A stretch of 64,000 nucleotides of DNA, taken from NCBI GenBank assembly GCA_044866005.1, contig JBIOTN010000057.1:6067-70066 (forward strand). Direction: 5' to 3'. A model generated the notes under the pieces. The model was not told the DNA's origin. It ran no database searches and was given only the letters and a program-made list of their open reading frames with translations. Positions 1 through 8,365 of the stretch are shown here, piece by piece. The stretch's first letter is position 1. Every line of letters begins with the position of its first letter. This stretch comes from Candidatus Rokuibacteriota bacterium (lineage in GTDB: Bacteria; Methylomirabilota; Methylomirabilia; Rokubacteriales; DASRDR01). Position numbers and translations under genes: made by a program.

Positions 1-58
1 CGACGGGCCGGCGGCTCGGTGCGGGCCGCGAGGTGACGGGCGCCCGACGGCTCCGAGC

Positions 59-435
59 TCAGTTGCAGCGCTTGAAGAGGACGACCCAGAGCTTCACGGG
101 CCGATCGCTTTCGTTCCGCGCGTCGTGCGGAGTGCCGCCCGCGAGCCACCGGGCCGTGCCCGCCGACAGGAGCTCCCGTCCGCTGTCCGTGACGAGAGTC
201 AGCTCGCCCTCGACGACGATCCCCATTTCCGTCTCAGCGCCGACGTGGCGCCCCGACGCGGCGCCGGGGGAAAGATGAGCAGGATCACGCTGACGCTGTC
301 GTTGTCCAGCGCCACGCGCTGCTCGATGAGCCCCTGGGGCTCCTGCCCGGTCGCGACACGCGAGAGCGCCAGCAACGCCACCAGCGCGCCCAGCCGAATC
401 GCGCCACCCAACCCGATCCACCCGGTTCCTTTCAC
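59..435 (-). pseudogene. Secreted cupin-domain protein with one reading-frame break (pieces correspond to ORF 199..435 and the 3' part of ORF 59..571)
   Basis: GTG start at 435 with GGAGGA 7 nt upstream. Signal-like N-terminus MKGTGWIGLGGAIRLGALVALLALS lies in one frame. The cupin core PGAASGRHVGAETEMGIVVEGELTLVTD...GTPHDARNESDRPVKLWVVLFK continues in another frame. The switch falls at the homopolymer run, complement of 264..273 (TTTCCCCCGG). Confidence 0.5.
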
Positions 436-488
436 GGGACGTCCTCCGGCTACGACGCGCGTGGGGCTGTTCGCGACGCTGCGCTCGC

Positions 489-911
489 TCAGCGCGCCGG
501 CTGCACGGGAAACCCGCGCTTCGTCCAGCCGCTAAACCCGTCATCGAGGACCGCCACGTTCCGATAGCCACGTGCCACCAGCCTGACGTACGCGTCCTCG
601 CCCTCCCGCGTGGAGTCGCCGTACAGGATCACGCGACCGGCCCGCGGAATCTCCTCGAGCCGGCGCTCGAACTCGGGCAGCGGAAGCGAGCGCGCGCCGG
701 GCAGGTGCGCGGTCCGGTAGGCCGTGACCGGCCGGAGATCGACGAGGACGACCGGCTCGCCGGCATCCATCAGGCGCTTGACGTAGTCGGGGTCGTGGGT
801 GAAGAAGATGCCTCCCGCGCCGTGGCCGCCGAGCGCGAGCGCCGGCGCCAGGGTCAGCAGCGGGACGGCGAAGGTGAGCGCGCGGCGCCACCACGGAGCG
901 GGGCGGCTCAC
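489..911 (-). CDS. Periplasmic rhodanese-homology domain protein lacking any cysteine
   Basis: C-terminal 140 aa of ORF 489..1976. GTG start at 911 overlaps the stop of the upstream gene by 4 nt. Signal peptide ALTFAVPLLTLAPALALG. Rhodanese pattern VVLVDLRP...AHLPGARSLP...RVILYGDSTREG...GFSGW, with the active-site Cys position occupied by Gly. Confidence 0.75.
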   Translation of the reverse strand: MSRPAPWWRRALTFAVPLLTLAPALALGGHGAGGIFFTHDPDYVKRLMDAGEPVVLVDLRPVTAYRTAHLPGARSLPLPEFERRLEEIPRAGRVILYGDSTREGEDAYVRLVARGYRNVAVLDDGFSGWTKRGFPVQPAR

Positions 912-1318
912 GGCTGGCCTTCCTTCTGGATGGCGACGAGAGCGAGCCGTCCCTCGCCCTCCTTGACCGTGAAGCGCACGCGATCGCCCGGTGCGAGCCC
1001 GTTCAGGATCCTCGGGTTCTCCGCCTCGAAGAGCATGGTCATGGCGGGCATGAGGCCGGGCAGGGCCTCGTGCGTCAGCATGACGATGCCGGCGCGGCGC
1101 TGAACCGCCCGGACGATCCCCTGGACGGTCCATGAGCGCGCGCCGCCGCCTTGCCCGGCTCCCGCCGTCTCGGGCGTCTTGGCGCGGGTTTCCGCCTCCC
1201 GGGCGCGCGTGAGCTCCTGGCGGAGCCGGCGCACCTCCTGGCCCCACCAGAGCGCCCCGCCGCCGGCGCCAATCGCGAGGGCGAGGTTCACGAGGACGAC
1301 GACCTTCCACACGCGCAT
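908..1318 (-). CDS. CusF-like periplasmic Cu(I)-binding protein with N-terminal membrane anchor
   Basis: ORF 908..1318. TM helix VVVLVNLALAIGAGGGALWW. CusF-type motif THEALPGLMPAMTMLFEAENPRILNGLAPGDRVRFTV (His plus a Met-x-Met cluster). Confidence 0.75.
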   Translation of the reverse strand: MRVWKVVVLVNLALAIGAGGGALWWGQEVRRLRQELTRAREAETRAKTPETAGAGQGGGARSWTVQGIVRAVQRRAGIVMLTHEALPGLMPAMTMLFEAENPRILNGLAPGDRVRFTVKEGEGRLALVAIQKEGQP

Positions 1319-1321
1319 GAG

Positions 1322-3376
1322 CTAGTGGACGTGCTCCGTGGGCGGCGGCGCGCGCGGAGTCTCGGTCGCGAGCCGCTCCACCTCGGCGACGAGGCGGCTC
1401 GGATCGGCCCATCCGCCCCCGTGCGCCGGGATCCAGCGCGCCCGGAGATAGCCCGGGCGGTCGACGAGCAGCTCCATGTGGGGCGGCATCGCGGGGTCGG
1501 CGCGCTGGCCGGCAGGGCTGAGGTCGCGGCGGAAAAGGGCGTAGGTCGTCACCATCTCGGCGGCGCCGTCGACCGCGATGGGGAAGAAGATCGGTCGCGG
1601 GCCGAGGGCGCGATAGATGTCGCCCCCCGCCCGGAGCGGGACCGCCAGGATCTCGGCGCCGAGCAGGCGCAGGCTCGGGTAGACGGTGCCGAGACGGATC
1701 AGGCGCTCCACCGACTCGGGGAGGCTGAAGAAGACGAGGAGGACGACGTTCCCACGGTAGTCCGCAAGCGTGCGGCCCTCGCCGACTCCGGTCGTGAACT
1801 CGAAGTCGGGCGCGACGACGACGGGGCCGTCCGCCGCCGCCACGGGACCGAGCCGCCGCGCCTGCTCGGCCGCGGCCAACGTGCGGAGGAAGTTGATCAG
1901 GTCCCAGCGCTCCTCGGTGGTGAGGCGCTCCGCGAAGCCGGGCATCTGCGAGCCGCGGATCCCGTGGCTCAGCCACCAGTATAGGTCACCGACCGTGTGG
2001 TCGGCCGTGTGCTTCGCGGTGAGGTCGGCGGGTCGGGGCCGGAGCCCCGCGGCGGCCGGGCCATCGCCGTACCCGGCGACGCCGTGGCAGGCGGCGCAGT
2101 GGGCGCGGTAGAGCGCCAGCCCGTTCGCGACCGACGCGGCGGTGTAGGGGACGGCCGGGCGGAGGTACGTCGTCGGGTAGGCATCCACCGCGAGCGGCGG
2201 GAGCGCGACGGCCAGGCCCAACGCGATCGCCGCGCCGCCGGCGCCCGCGATCCACCGCCACCCTCGGCGGCCCACGAGCACGGCGAGAAGCGCGGCGATC
2301 AGGCCCAGGAGCGCCAGCTGGCTGCCGACGGCCACGCGCGTCCGCACGCCGGGCAGGCCCTTGGTCGCTTCCCAGGAGAGGCGCACCGTGAAGGGCCAGC
2401 TCGGCGGCGCGTGGCGAGCGGGCGTGGTGAGCCCGAGGACGGCGACGACCGCCAGGATCGCGCACCCGAGCGCGACCTCGGCGAAGATCTGCTGCCGGAG
2501 GCGCTGGACCGCGGCCACCGCCGCCGCGCGGTCGCCGGCACCCGACGCCGCGACCAGGCGCGGCTTGACGACGAAGCGGTTGAGCGCCGCCACCGCGAGC
2601 AAGGGAAGGAGGAGAGCCAGCTTGAGCGAAAGCCAGCGACCGTAGGGCGTGCCGACGAGCGCCGCGACGCTCCCCACCTGGACCCAGAGGTTGTAGCCGC
2701 CGGTCGCGACGAGCAGCGCGACGCTCCCCAGGCCCAGCGCGGAGAAGCGGCGGGCTGCGACCGCGGCGGCGCCGAGACCGCGCGCCGCGGGGAGCGCGAG
2801 CGCCCAGTGGAGCAGGAGCGCGAGCGGGACGAGGCCGCCGAACCAGGCGCCGGTGGCGAGGAGGTGGAGGGCGTCGACCAGGATCGCGGCCGCCGGCACC
2901 GGGGCGGAGGCCGCGTGGCCGGCGGCCCCGATGAGGCCGAGAGACGCGGCGGCGAGGGCGAGCCCCTCGAGCCGGAGCGCCGTCCAGTCGGCGCGCTCGT
3001 GGTCGCGTTCGCGCAGGAGCAGGAGCGCGCCCAGCAAGACGAGGAGCGCGTGGCGGACGAGCCAGACGCTCCCGTAGCGGGTCTCGAGGAGCACGGAGGC
3101 GAACGCCTCCGGCGCCAGGCTCGCCTGAGACTCCCGGCCGGTCGCCACGACCACCTGGCGCCAGAGGTCGAGGACCCCTGACGCGAGCGTGATGCCGAGA
3201 AGGCAGAGGCCGAGCCGCATGAGCCGCGCGTCGATCTCGCCGAAGCGGTCGCGCACCTCCGCGGCGGCCGCGCGGACCGCCGGGCGAGCCACGCCGACGA
3301 GGAACACGAAGACGCCGAGGAGGAGGCTCGCTCCGACGAAATGAACGAAGCGAATCAGGCCGGCGAGAGCCTCCAT
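1322..3376 (-). CDS. copD: CopD-family copper resistance membrane protein fused to a class I cytochrome c domain and a Cys-less thioredoxin/peroxiredoxin-fold domain
   Basis: ORF 1322..3376 (684 aa). About 10 hydrophobic helices at the N-terminus typical of CopD. Heme c motif CAACHG with a distal Met (GSQMPGF). C-terminal segment NVVLLVFFSLPESVERL...LLGAEILAVP resembles the AhpC/TSA-Trx fold but has no Cys. Confidence 0.8.
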   Translation of the reverse strand: MEALAGLIRFVHFVGASLLLGVFVFLVGVARPAVRAAAAEVRDRFGEIDARLMRLGLCLLGITLASGVLDLWRQVVVATGRESQASLAPEAFASVLLETRYGSVWLVRHALLVLLGALLLLRERDHERADWTALRLEGLALAAASLGLIGAAGHAASAPVPAAAILVDALHLLATGAWFGGLVPLALLLHWALALPAARGLGAAAVAARRFSALGLGSVALLVATGGYNLWVQVGSVAALVGTPYGRWLSLKLALLLPLLAVAALNRFVVKPRLVAASGAGDRAAAVAAVQRLRQQIFAEVALGCAILAVVAVLGLTTPARHAPPSWPFTVRLSWEATKGLPGVRTRVAVGSQLALLGLIAALLAVLVGRRGWRWIAGAGGAAIALGLAVALPPLAVDAYPTTYLRPAVPYTAASVANGLALYRAHCAACHGVAGYGDGPAAAGLRPRPADLTAKHTADHTVGDLYWWLSHGIRGSQMPGFAERLTTEERWDLINFLRTLAAAEQARRLGPVAAADGPVVVAPDFEFTTGVGEGRTLADYRGNVVLLVFFSLPESVERLIRLGTVYPSLRLLGAEILAVPLRAGGDIYRALGPRPIFFPIAVDGAAEMVTTYALFRRDLSPAGQRADPAMPPHMELLVDRPGYLRARWIPAHGGGWADPSRLVAEVERLATETPRAPPPTEHVH

Positions 3377-3403
3377 CGCTCGGCTTGCGCTAGGCCGGCG
3401 GCC

Positions 3404-3796
3404 TCACTGGGGTGCCTTCAGCGTGAAGGTGTAGTCGCCCTCGGTGCGGTGGCCGTCCACCGCGAGCACGCTCCACTTCACCTTGTAGACCCCGGGCGCG
3501 AGCGGGAGCAGGCTCACCTGGATCAGGCGGCGGCTCTCGCGGTCCACCGCCGCGTTGGCCCGGTCGACCCGCGTCCCGCCCGCGTCCGTCACCGTGATGC
3601 TGCTGAAGGCCGGCTCGAGCTCGCCGTCGAACCAGATCCGCACCCGGGCCGGCGCCGTCCGGACCACGGCGCCGACCCTCGGCTCGAACCGCTCCGGGAA
3701 GGCATGGGCCCAGGCGCGTCCGGCCCAGGGCGCGCCGGCGAGCGCGAGCAGGATGAACGCCCGCGCCCGCCACGCGCGCCGCCGGTTCCGACTCAT
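3404..3796 (-). CDS. copC: CopC copper-binding periplasmic protein
   Basis: Last 130 aa of ORF 3404..4681, ATG at 3796. Signal peptide ending AWA, followed by a mature N-terminal His (HAFPERFEP). CopC-like beta-sandwich pattern VRIWFDGELEP..SSITVTDAGG...VSLLPLAPGVYKVKWSVLAVDGHRTEGDYTFTL. Confidence 0.85.
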   Translation of the reverse strand: MSRNRRRAWRARAFILLALAGAPWAGRAWAHAFPERFEPRVGAVVRTAPARVRIWFDGELEPAFSSITVTDAGGTRVDRANAAVDRESRRLIQVSLLPLAPGVYKVKWSVLAVDGHRTEGDYTFTLKAPQ

Positions 3797-4674
3797 CGGC
3801 CTCCGCCGAAGATCGGGCGGAAGACCGCCGGATAGATGTCGTCGATGAAGAAGTGGACGAGGGCGCGGACGCCCACGTTCTTTCCCGTGGCGTCGTTGAT
3901 GGGGAGGACCGCTTCGAGCCCGAGCTCGATGAACTTCCCGGCCCAGATCAGCCCAGGGTTGATCGTCCCGGTCGTCTTCCCCCCATCGAGCGGCGTTTCG
4001 AAGGCGACCTCGACGACGGGAATGAGCCGGTTCAGCGGCCAGGGGATCCCCACGTCCTTCACGAAGCTCTGGAGATAGGGCAGGCTGTACTCGATCGCGA
4101 ACCCGTACGTCAGGGCGTTGCTCTCCGCGCTGGTCAGCGGGATCTCCGCGCCGAACACGCCGGTGAGGGCGAGCGGCTTGAGGACGCCCAGTCCATCGGG
4201 CAGGTCGCCGAGGCCCTTCCCGAAGAACAGGGTCGGGGCGAGCGTCGAGGTGGACGCGGCGCCGACGGCCTTGTCGCCGACGCCGCCGATCTCCCACTCC
4301 AGCCCGAGGGAGACGATCGCCTCGTGCGCCGCGCTCTTGAAGAGGGCGTACTTGACGCCGATCTCGGGGTTGGCGAAGCCGGACTCCGTGCCGCCCTCGG
4401 CGGAGTCGAGGATCCGGTACTCGCCGGAGATCGAGATCCCGACGTCGGGGGTGATGGTCTTGGCGAGCTCGGCGCCGATCTCCGTTTCCTTCCCTTCCGG
4501 CCCCTTGATGTGGACGACGGAGGGGAGCGCCAGCTCGTCGGCGACGAATGGGTCGTCGATGGTGAGGGTCGCCGGGAAGAAGCGCTTCCCGATGACGCCG
4601 TGGGCCCATGCCGGGGCCACGCCGAATGCCGAGATGAGGGCAAGCGACAGCAGGCCAGACGACAACCGTCTCAT
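3793..4674 (-). CDS. Secreted putative outer-membrane beta-barrel protein (family tentative)
   Basis: ORF 3793..4794 trimmed to the ATG at 4674 (MRRLSSGLLSLALISAFGVAPAWA signal peptide). Alternating amphipathic Gly/aromatic-rich strands throughout. Its stop overlaps the copC start by 4 nt. Confidence 0.6.
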   Translation of the reverse strand: MRRLSSGLLSLALISAFGVAPAWAHGVIGKRFFPATLTIDDPFVADELALPSVVHIKGPEGKETEIGAELAKTITPDVGISISGEYRILDSAEGGTESGFANPEIGVKYALFKSAAHEAIVSLGLEWEIGGVGDKAVGAASTSTLAPTLFFGKGLGDLPDGLGVLKPLALTGVFGAEIPLTSAESNALTYGFAIEYSLPYLQSFVKDVGIPWPLNRLIPVVEVAFETPLDGGKTTGTINPGLIWAGKFIELGLEAVLPINDATGKNVGVRALVHFFIDDIYPAVFRPIFGGGR

Positions 4675-4750
4675 GCGCCACCTCGCTTCGCCGGTCCCGC
4701 GATCCGCGGGCAGGCGGAGACCGGCAAGAGGGTTCGAGATCGTCGAGCCG

Positions 4751-5089
4751 CTACGCGAGGGCGAAGGGCGCTGAGGGCGGGGCGCGGGTCGCAACGGGCC
4801 GCCCGCTCGGCGTGGCCGCGAACGGCGTGGCCGCCGGTTCGGCGCGTTCCGGGGCGGGCCCCGCGCCGTGAAGAAGCCCGGTCGCGCCTATGGCCGCAGG
4901 CGCGTGGTCCGCCGTGGCGGCGAACCCACACCGGTCGTGGTCGTCCGTCTCGAAGAGGTGGTGGACGAAGTGGGGGCTCGCTTCGAGGAGCAGGATGGCC
5001 AGCCAGGCGCCGAGCGCGAGCGCCACGGCGCCACGGAGTGGAGTCGCTCGGACGGAGCCGATCATGACTGGGGACACCGGCACGTTCAT
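4751..5089 (-). CDS. Hypothetical small membrane protein with His-rich motif (SPHFVHHLFETDDHDRC)
   Basis: ORF 4751..5089. Codon-3 G/C in about 87% of codons (counted by eye), one hydrophobic helix, a His/Asp/Cys cluster. Heads the copper array. No clear SD. Confidence 0.4.
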   Translation of the reverse strand: MNVPVSPVMIGSVRATPLRGAVALALGAWLAILLLEASPHFVHHLFETDDHDRCGFAATADHAPAAIGATGLLHGAGPAPERAEPAATPFAATPSGRPVATRAPPSAPFALA

Positions 5090-5125
5090 TCTGCCACAGG
5101 TCGCGCGCGCCGCGCCCCGGGGGGC

Positions 5126-5341
5126 TCAGCGGGTCCGGTCCTCGTCGTCGGGCTCCTCCCGCGAGGGGGCGAAGACGGCCCAGGCGACCAGGGCGATCAC
5201 GGCCACCCCGCCGCCCACGAAGAGCCAGCCGAGCCCGAGCCCGGGGTCCCGGGCGGCGCCCGCGCCGTGGTCGGCCCAGGCGCTGCCGCGAAGCAGAAGG
5301 CCCAGGACCGAGCCGGTGAGAGGCCGCGCCCACGGCCGCAT
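5126..5341 (-). CDS. Hypothetical small secreted/membrane protein
   Basis: ORF 5126..5341. Nearly all codons end in G/C. Signal-like N-terminus ending SAWA, then DHGAG, a C-terminal TM helix GWLFVGGGVAVIALVAWAVF and an acidic tail. Confidence 0.4.
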   Translation of the reverse strand: MRPWARPLTGSVLGLLLRGSAWADHGAGAARDPGLGLGWLFVGGGVAVIALVAWAVFAPSREEPDDEDRTR

Positions 5342-5414
5342 GGCGACATTCTACGCGACCGGATCGCCGGTGAGCGCCCGCCGTCGGTGGATGGCCTCCG
5401 TCGGGGCGGAAACC

Positions 5415-5443
5415 TTGACTTCGGCGGGCCCGATGGGGAGAAT
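5415..5443 (+). promoter_or_regulatory. Sigma70-like promoter upstream of pilT
   Basis: TTGACT (5415..5420), 17-nt spacer, GAGAAT (5438..5443), in a local low-GC patch. Confidence 0.35.
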
Positions 5444-5515
5444 AGGGGCCGTTTCGCTCGGGCAGGCCTCGCGGCCCCGGCCTCGAGGGCGGGGCCGGCC
5501 ACCGGGTCGGTTGCT

Positions 5516-6676
5516 ATGGAGGAGCGCATGGAGCTGGCCCAGGTACTCAAAGAGGGCATGAACCGCGGCGCGTCGGACTTCCACCTGAAGCCGAAACAGG
5601 TGCCGGTGCTGCGGGTCCAGGGCAAGCTCGCGCCGATCGAGGGCTGGCCGCCCGTGGAGCCGAAGGACCTCGACCAGATGGCGCAGTCCATGATGAGCCC
5701 CGCGCAGCGCGATCGGTTCGAACGGGAAGGCGGCGTGGACGTCCAGTACAGCGTCGCGGGGGTCGGCCGGTTCCGCGCGAGCGTCTGCAAGGCCCGGGGG
5801 TCGACCTCCATCGCGCTCCGCGTCGTGCCCTACGAGCTGCCGACGTTCGAGGAGCTGAACCTGCCCCCCGTCGTGGGGAAGCTCGCCATGGAGCCGCGCG
5901 GCCTCCTGCTCGTGACCGGCCCGGCCGGAAGCGGGAAGACCACGACGCTCGCCTCCATGATCAACCACATGAACCAGCAGCGGAACGATCACATCGTCAC
6001 GATCGAGGACCCCATCGAGTACCTCCACCAGGACCGGAGCTGCATCATCACCCAGCGCGAGGTCGGGACCGACACCCCCTCGTTCGCCGACGCGCTCCGC
6101 ATCTGCCTCCGGCAGGACCCGGACGTGATCATGGTGGGCGAGATGCGCGACGTGGAGACGATCCGCACGGTGCTCACGCTCGCCGAGACCGGCCACCTGG
6201 TGATGTCCACCCTCCACACCATCACGGCCGCCGAGACCGTGAACCGCATCATCGCCGAGTTCCCCGGGCAGCACGAGCGTCAGATCCGCGGTCAGCTCGC
6301 CCAGGTGCTCCGCGGCATCCTCTCCCAGCGCCTCATCGAGCGGGCCGACGGATCGGGCCTCCTCCCGGCGGTCGAGGTCCTGGTGAACACCACCACGATC
6401 CAGCGCTGCATCGAGGACCCGGCGCGGACGGGCCAGATCCCCCAGGCGATCGCCGAAGGCAAGGACATGTACGGGATGCAGACCTTCGACCAGTGCGTCC
6501 TCGCCTTCTACCAGAAGGGCATGATCAAGTACGAGGAGGCGCTGCGGGCCTCGAGCTCGCCCCAGGACTTCGAGGTGGAGGTCCAGCGGCTTTCCATGGC
6601 GACGCCCAAGCCCGGCGCCGCGCCGGCCGCCGGCGGGATGCCGGGACGGGTGGCAGGGCGCCCCCCGGCGCGCTAA
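5516..6676 (+). CDS. pilT: PilT-family twitching-motility/type IV pilus retraction ATPase
   Basis: 3' part of ORF 4868..6676 from ATG 5516 (MEERMELAQVLKEG). Walker A GPAGSGKTT, Walker B DPDVIMVGEMRD, His box ETGHLVMSTLHT. Confidence 0.9.
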   Translation: MEERMELAQVLKEGMNRGASDFHLKPKQVPVLRVQGKLAPIEGWPPVEPKDLDQMAQSMMSPAQRDRFEREGGVDVQYSVAGVGRFRASVCKARGSTSIALRVVPYELPTFEELNLPPVVGKLAMEPRGLLLVTGPAGSGKTTTLASMINHMNQQRNDHIVTIEDPIEYLHQDRSCIITQREVGTDTPSFADALRICLRQDPDVIMVGEMRDVETIRTVLTLAETGHLVMSTLHTITAAETVNRIIAEFPGQHERQIRGQLAQVLRGILSQRLIERADGSGLLPAVEVLVNTTTIQRCIEDPARTGQIPQAIAEGKDMYGMQTFDQCVLAFYQKGMIKYEEALRASSSPQDFEVEVQRLSMATPKPGAAPAAGGMPGRVAGRPPAR

Positions 6677-6697
6677 ACTGAAAGCTGCGCGGCCCCC

Positions 6698-8182
6698 ATG
6701 GGCCGCGGACCGGCGGTCGTCCGCGTCGAGGTCGTCTCCGTGCAGGTCGAGCGGGTCAGTCCGTTTCTCTGGCGCATCCCCCCCGACGCCAAGCCCGGCA
6801 TGCGCGTCCCGGGGCTCGTCTATGCCGACGACGAGCTGATGGCGCTGATCCGGCGGGACCGCTCCCTGGAGCAAGTCGCGAACGCCGCCGCGCTGCCCGG
6901 GATCGTGAAGGCGTCGTTCGCCATGCCCGACATCCACCAGGGATACGGCCTGCCCGTCGGCGGCGTGGTCGCCACCGACACGGCGAGCGGGGTGATCAGC
7001 CCGGGCGGGGTCGGGTACGACATCAACTGCGGCGTCCGGCTGCTCCGCACGGCGCTCACGCGCCAGGCTCTCGCGCCGCGGCTCTCCGCGCTCGCCGACG
7101 CGCTCGCGCAGGCGATCCCCTCGGGCGTCGGCTCTCGCGGCCGGATCAAGCTCGGCCAGGCGGAGGAGCGGCGGGGCCCGGTCCTCCGCGGCGCGCGCTG
7201 GGCGGTGGAGCACGGCTACGGCGACGCCGAGGACCTCGCCCACATCGAGTCGAACGGCACGCTTCCGGAGGCGGACCCCGACGCCGTCTCCCAGAAGGCC
7301 TACGAGCGGGGGCGGGGGCAGCTCGGGACGCTCGGCTCCGGCAACCACTTCCTCGAGGTGCAGGCGGTCGACGAGCTGGTGGCGCCCGAGGTCGCCCGGG
7401 CCCTCGGGCTGGAGGCCGACCGGATCGCGGTGATGATCCACACGGGGTCACGGGGCCTCGGCCACCAGGTCTGCACCGACGCGCTGGGGACGATGCAGTC
7501 GGCGATGCGGCGGTACGGGATCACGCTGCCCGACCGCCAGCTCGCCTGCGCGCCGGTCGAGGCGCCGGAGGCCCGGAGCTACCTCGGCGCCATGCGCGCG
7601 GCGGCGAACTTCGCCTTCGCCAACCGCCAGTGCCTGGCCCACTTCACCCGGGAGGCGTTCGAGCGCGTGCTGGGCATCTCGCCGCGCGATCTCGGCATGG
7701 CCCTCGTCTACGACGTCGCCCACAACATCGCGAAGGAGGAGGAGCACGAGCACGAGGGCCGCCGGCTTCGGCTCCTGGTCCACCGGAAAGGCGCCACGCG
7801 GGCCTTTCCGCCGGGCCATCCGGAGCTCGCCCCCGCCTACCGCGCCATCGGCCAGCCGGTCCTGATCCCGGGGGACATGGGCCGCTACTCCTACGTGCTC
7901 GTGGGGACCGCCGGGTCCATGCGCGAGACGTTCGGGAGCACCTGCCACGGCGCGGGCCGCGTCCTGAGCCGGACCGCGGCGGTCAAGGCGGCACGCGGTC
8001 GGTCGATCGCGCGCGAGCTCGAGGCGCGCGGGATCCTGGCCCGGGCGAGCGGCCGGGAGTCGCTGGCGGAGGAGATGTCGGAGGCGTACAAGGACGTGAA
8101 GAGCGTGGTCGAGGTCGTGGAGCGGGCGGGGCTGTCGCGGGTCGTGGCCCGGCTCCGGCCGCTCGCCGTCATCAAGGGCTGA
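6698..8182 (+). CDS. rtcB: RtcB RNA 3'-phosphate ligase
   Basis: ORF 6698..8182. RtcB motifs MPDIHQGYG, GGVGYDINCG, GSGNHF, HTGSRGLGHQ, CHGAGR. Confidence 0.9.
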   Translation: MGRGPAVVRVEVVSVQVERVSPFLWRIPPDAKPGMRVPGLVYADDELMALIRRDRSLEQVANAAALPGIVKASFAMPDIHQGYGLPVGGVVATDTASGVISPGGVGYDINCGVRLLRTALTRQALAPRLSALADALAQAIPSGVGSRGRIKLGQAEERRGPVLRGARWAVEHGYGDAEDLAHIESNGTLPEADPDAVSQKAYERGRGQLGTLGSGNHFLEVQAVDELVAPEVARALGLEADRIAVMIHTGSRGLGHQVCTDALGTMQSAMRRYGITLPDRQLACAPVEAPEARSYLGAMRAAANFAFANRQCLAHFTREAFERVLGISPRDLGMALVYDVAHNIAKEEEHEHEGRRLRLLVHRKGATRAFPPGHPELAPAYRAIGQPVLIPGDMGRYSYVLVGTAGSMRETFGSTCHGAGRVLSRTAAVKAARGRSIARELEARGILARASGRESLAEEMSEAYKDVKSVVEVVERAGLSRVVARLRPLAVIKG

Positions 8183-8225
8183 GGGTGGAGGCTGACGCGA
8201 TGAGCTAGGCTCCGGCACCGGACGC

Positions 8226-8318
8226 GGGAGCTCGGGCATGCCGGGCTGAGAGGGCGGCGTACGGGCCGCCGACCGCCGATGACCTGATCTGGGTAATACC
8301 AGCGAAGGGAGCGAGGAG
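8226..8318 (+). promoter_or_regulatory. TPP (THI-box) riboswitch aptamer
   Basis: GGGCAUGCCGGGCUGAGAGGGCGGCGUACGGGCCGCCGACCGCCGAUGACCUGAUCUGGGUAAUACCAGCGAAGGGAGCGAG contains the conserved CUGAGA, ACCUGAUCUGGnUAAUACCAGCGnAGGGA core. It lies upstream of a CytX-like permease. Confidence 0.85.
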
Positions 8319-8365
8319 AGGACGATCGCGAGGGCGCTGGGGACCCACCCGGCGCCCTTCGCTTC

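Noticed and set aside
4868-5515. A 216-aa N-terminal extension of PilT suggested by ORF 4868..6676.
   Set aside because: The extension is antisense to two better-supported minus-strand small genes and has poorer codon-3 bias. A promoter-like element (5415..5443) and the canonical PilT N-terminus (MEERMELAQVL) sit downstream of it.
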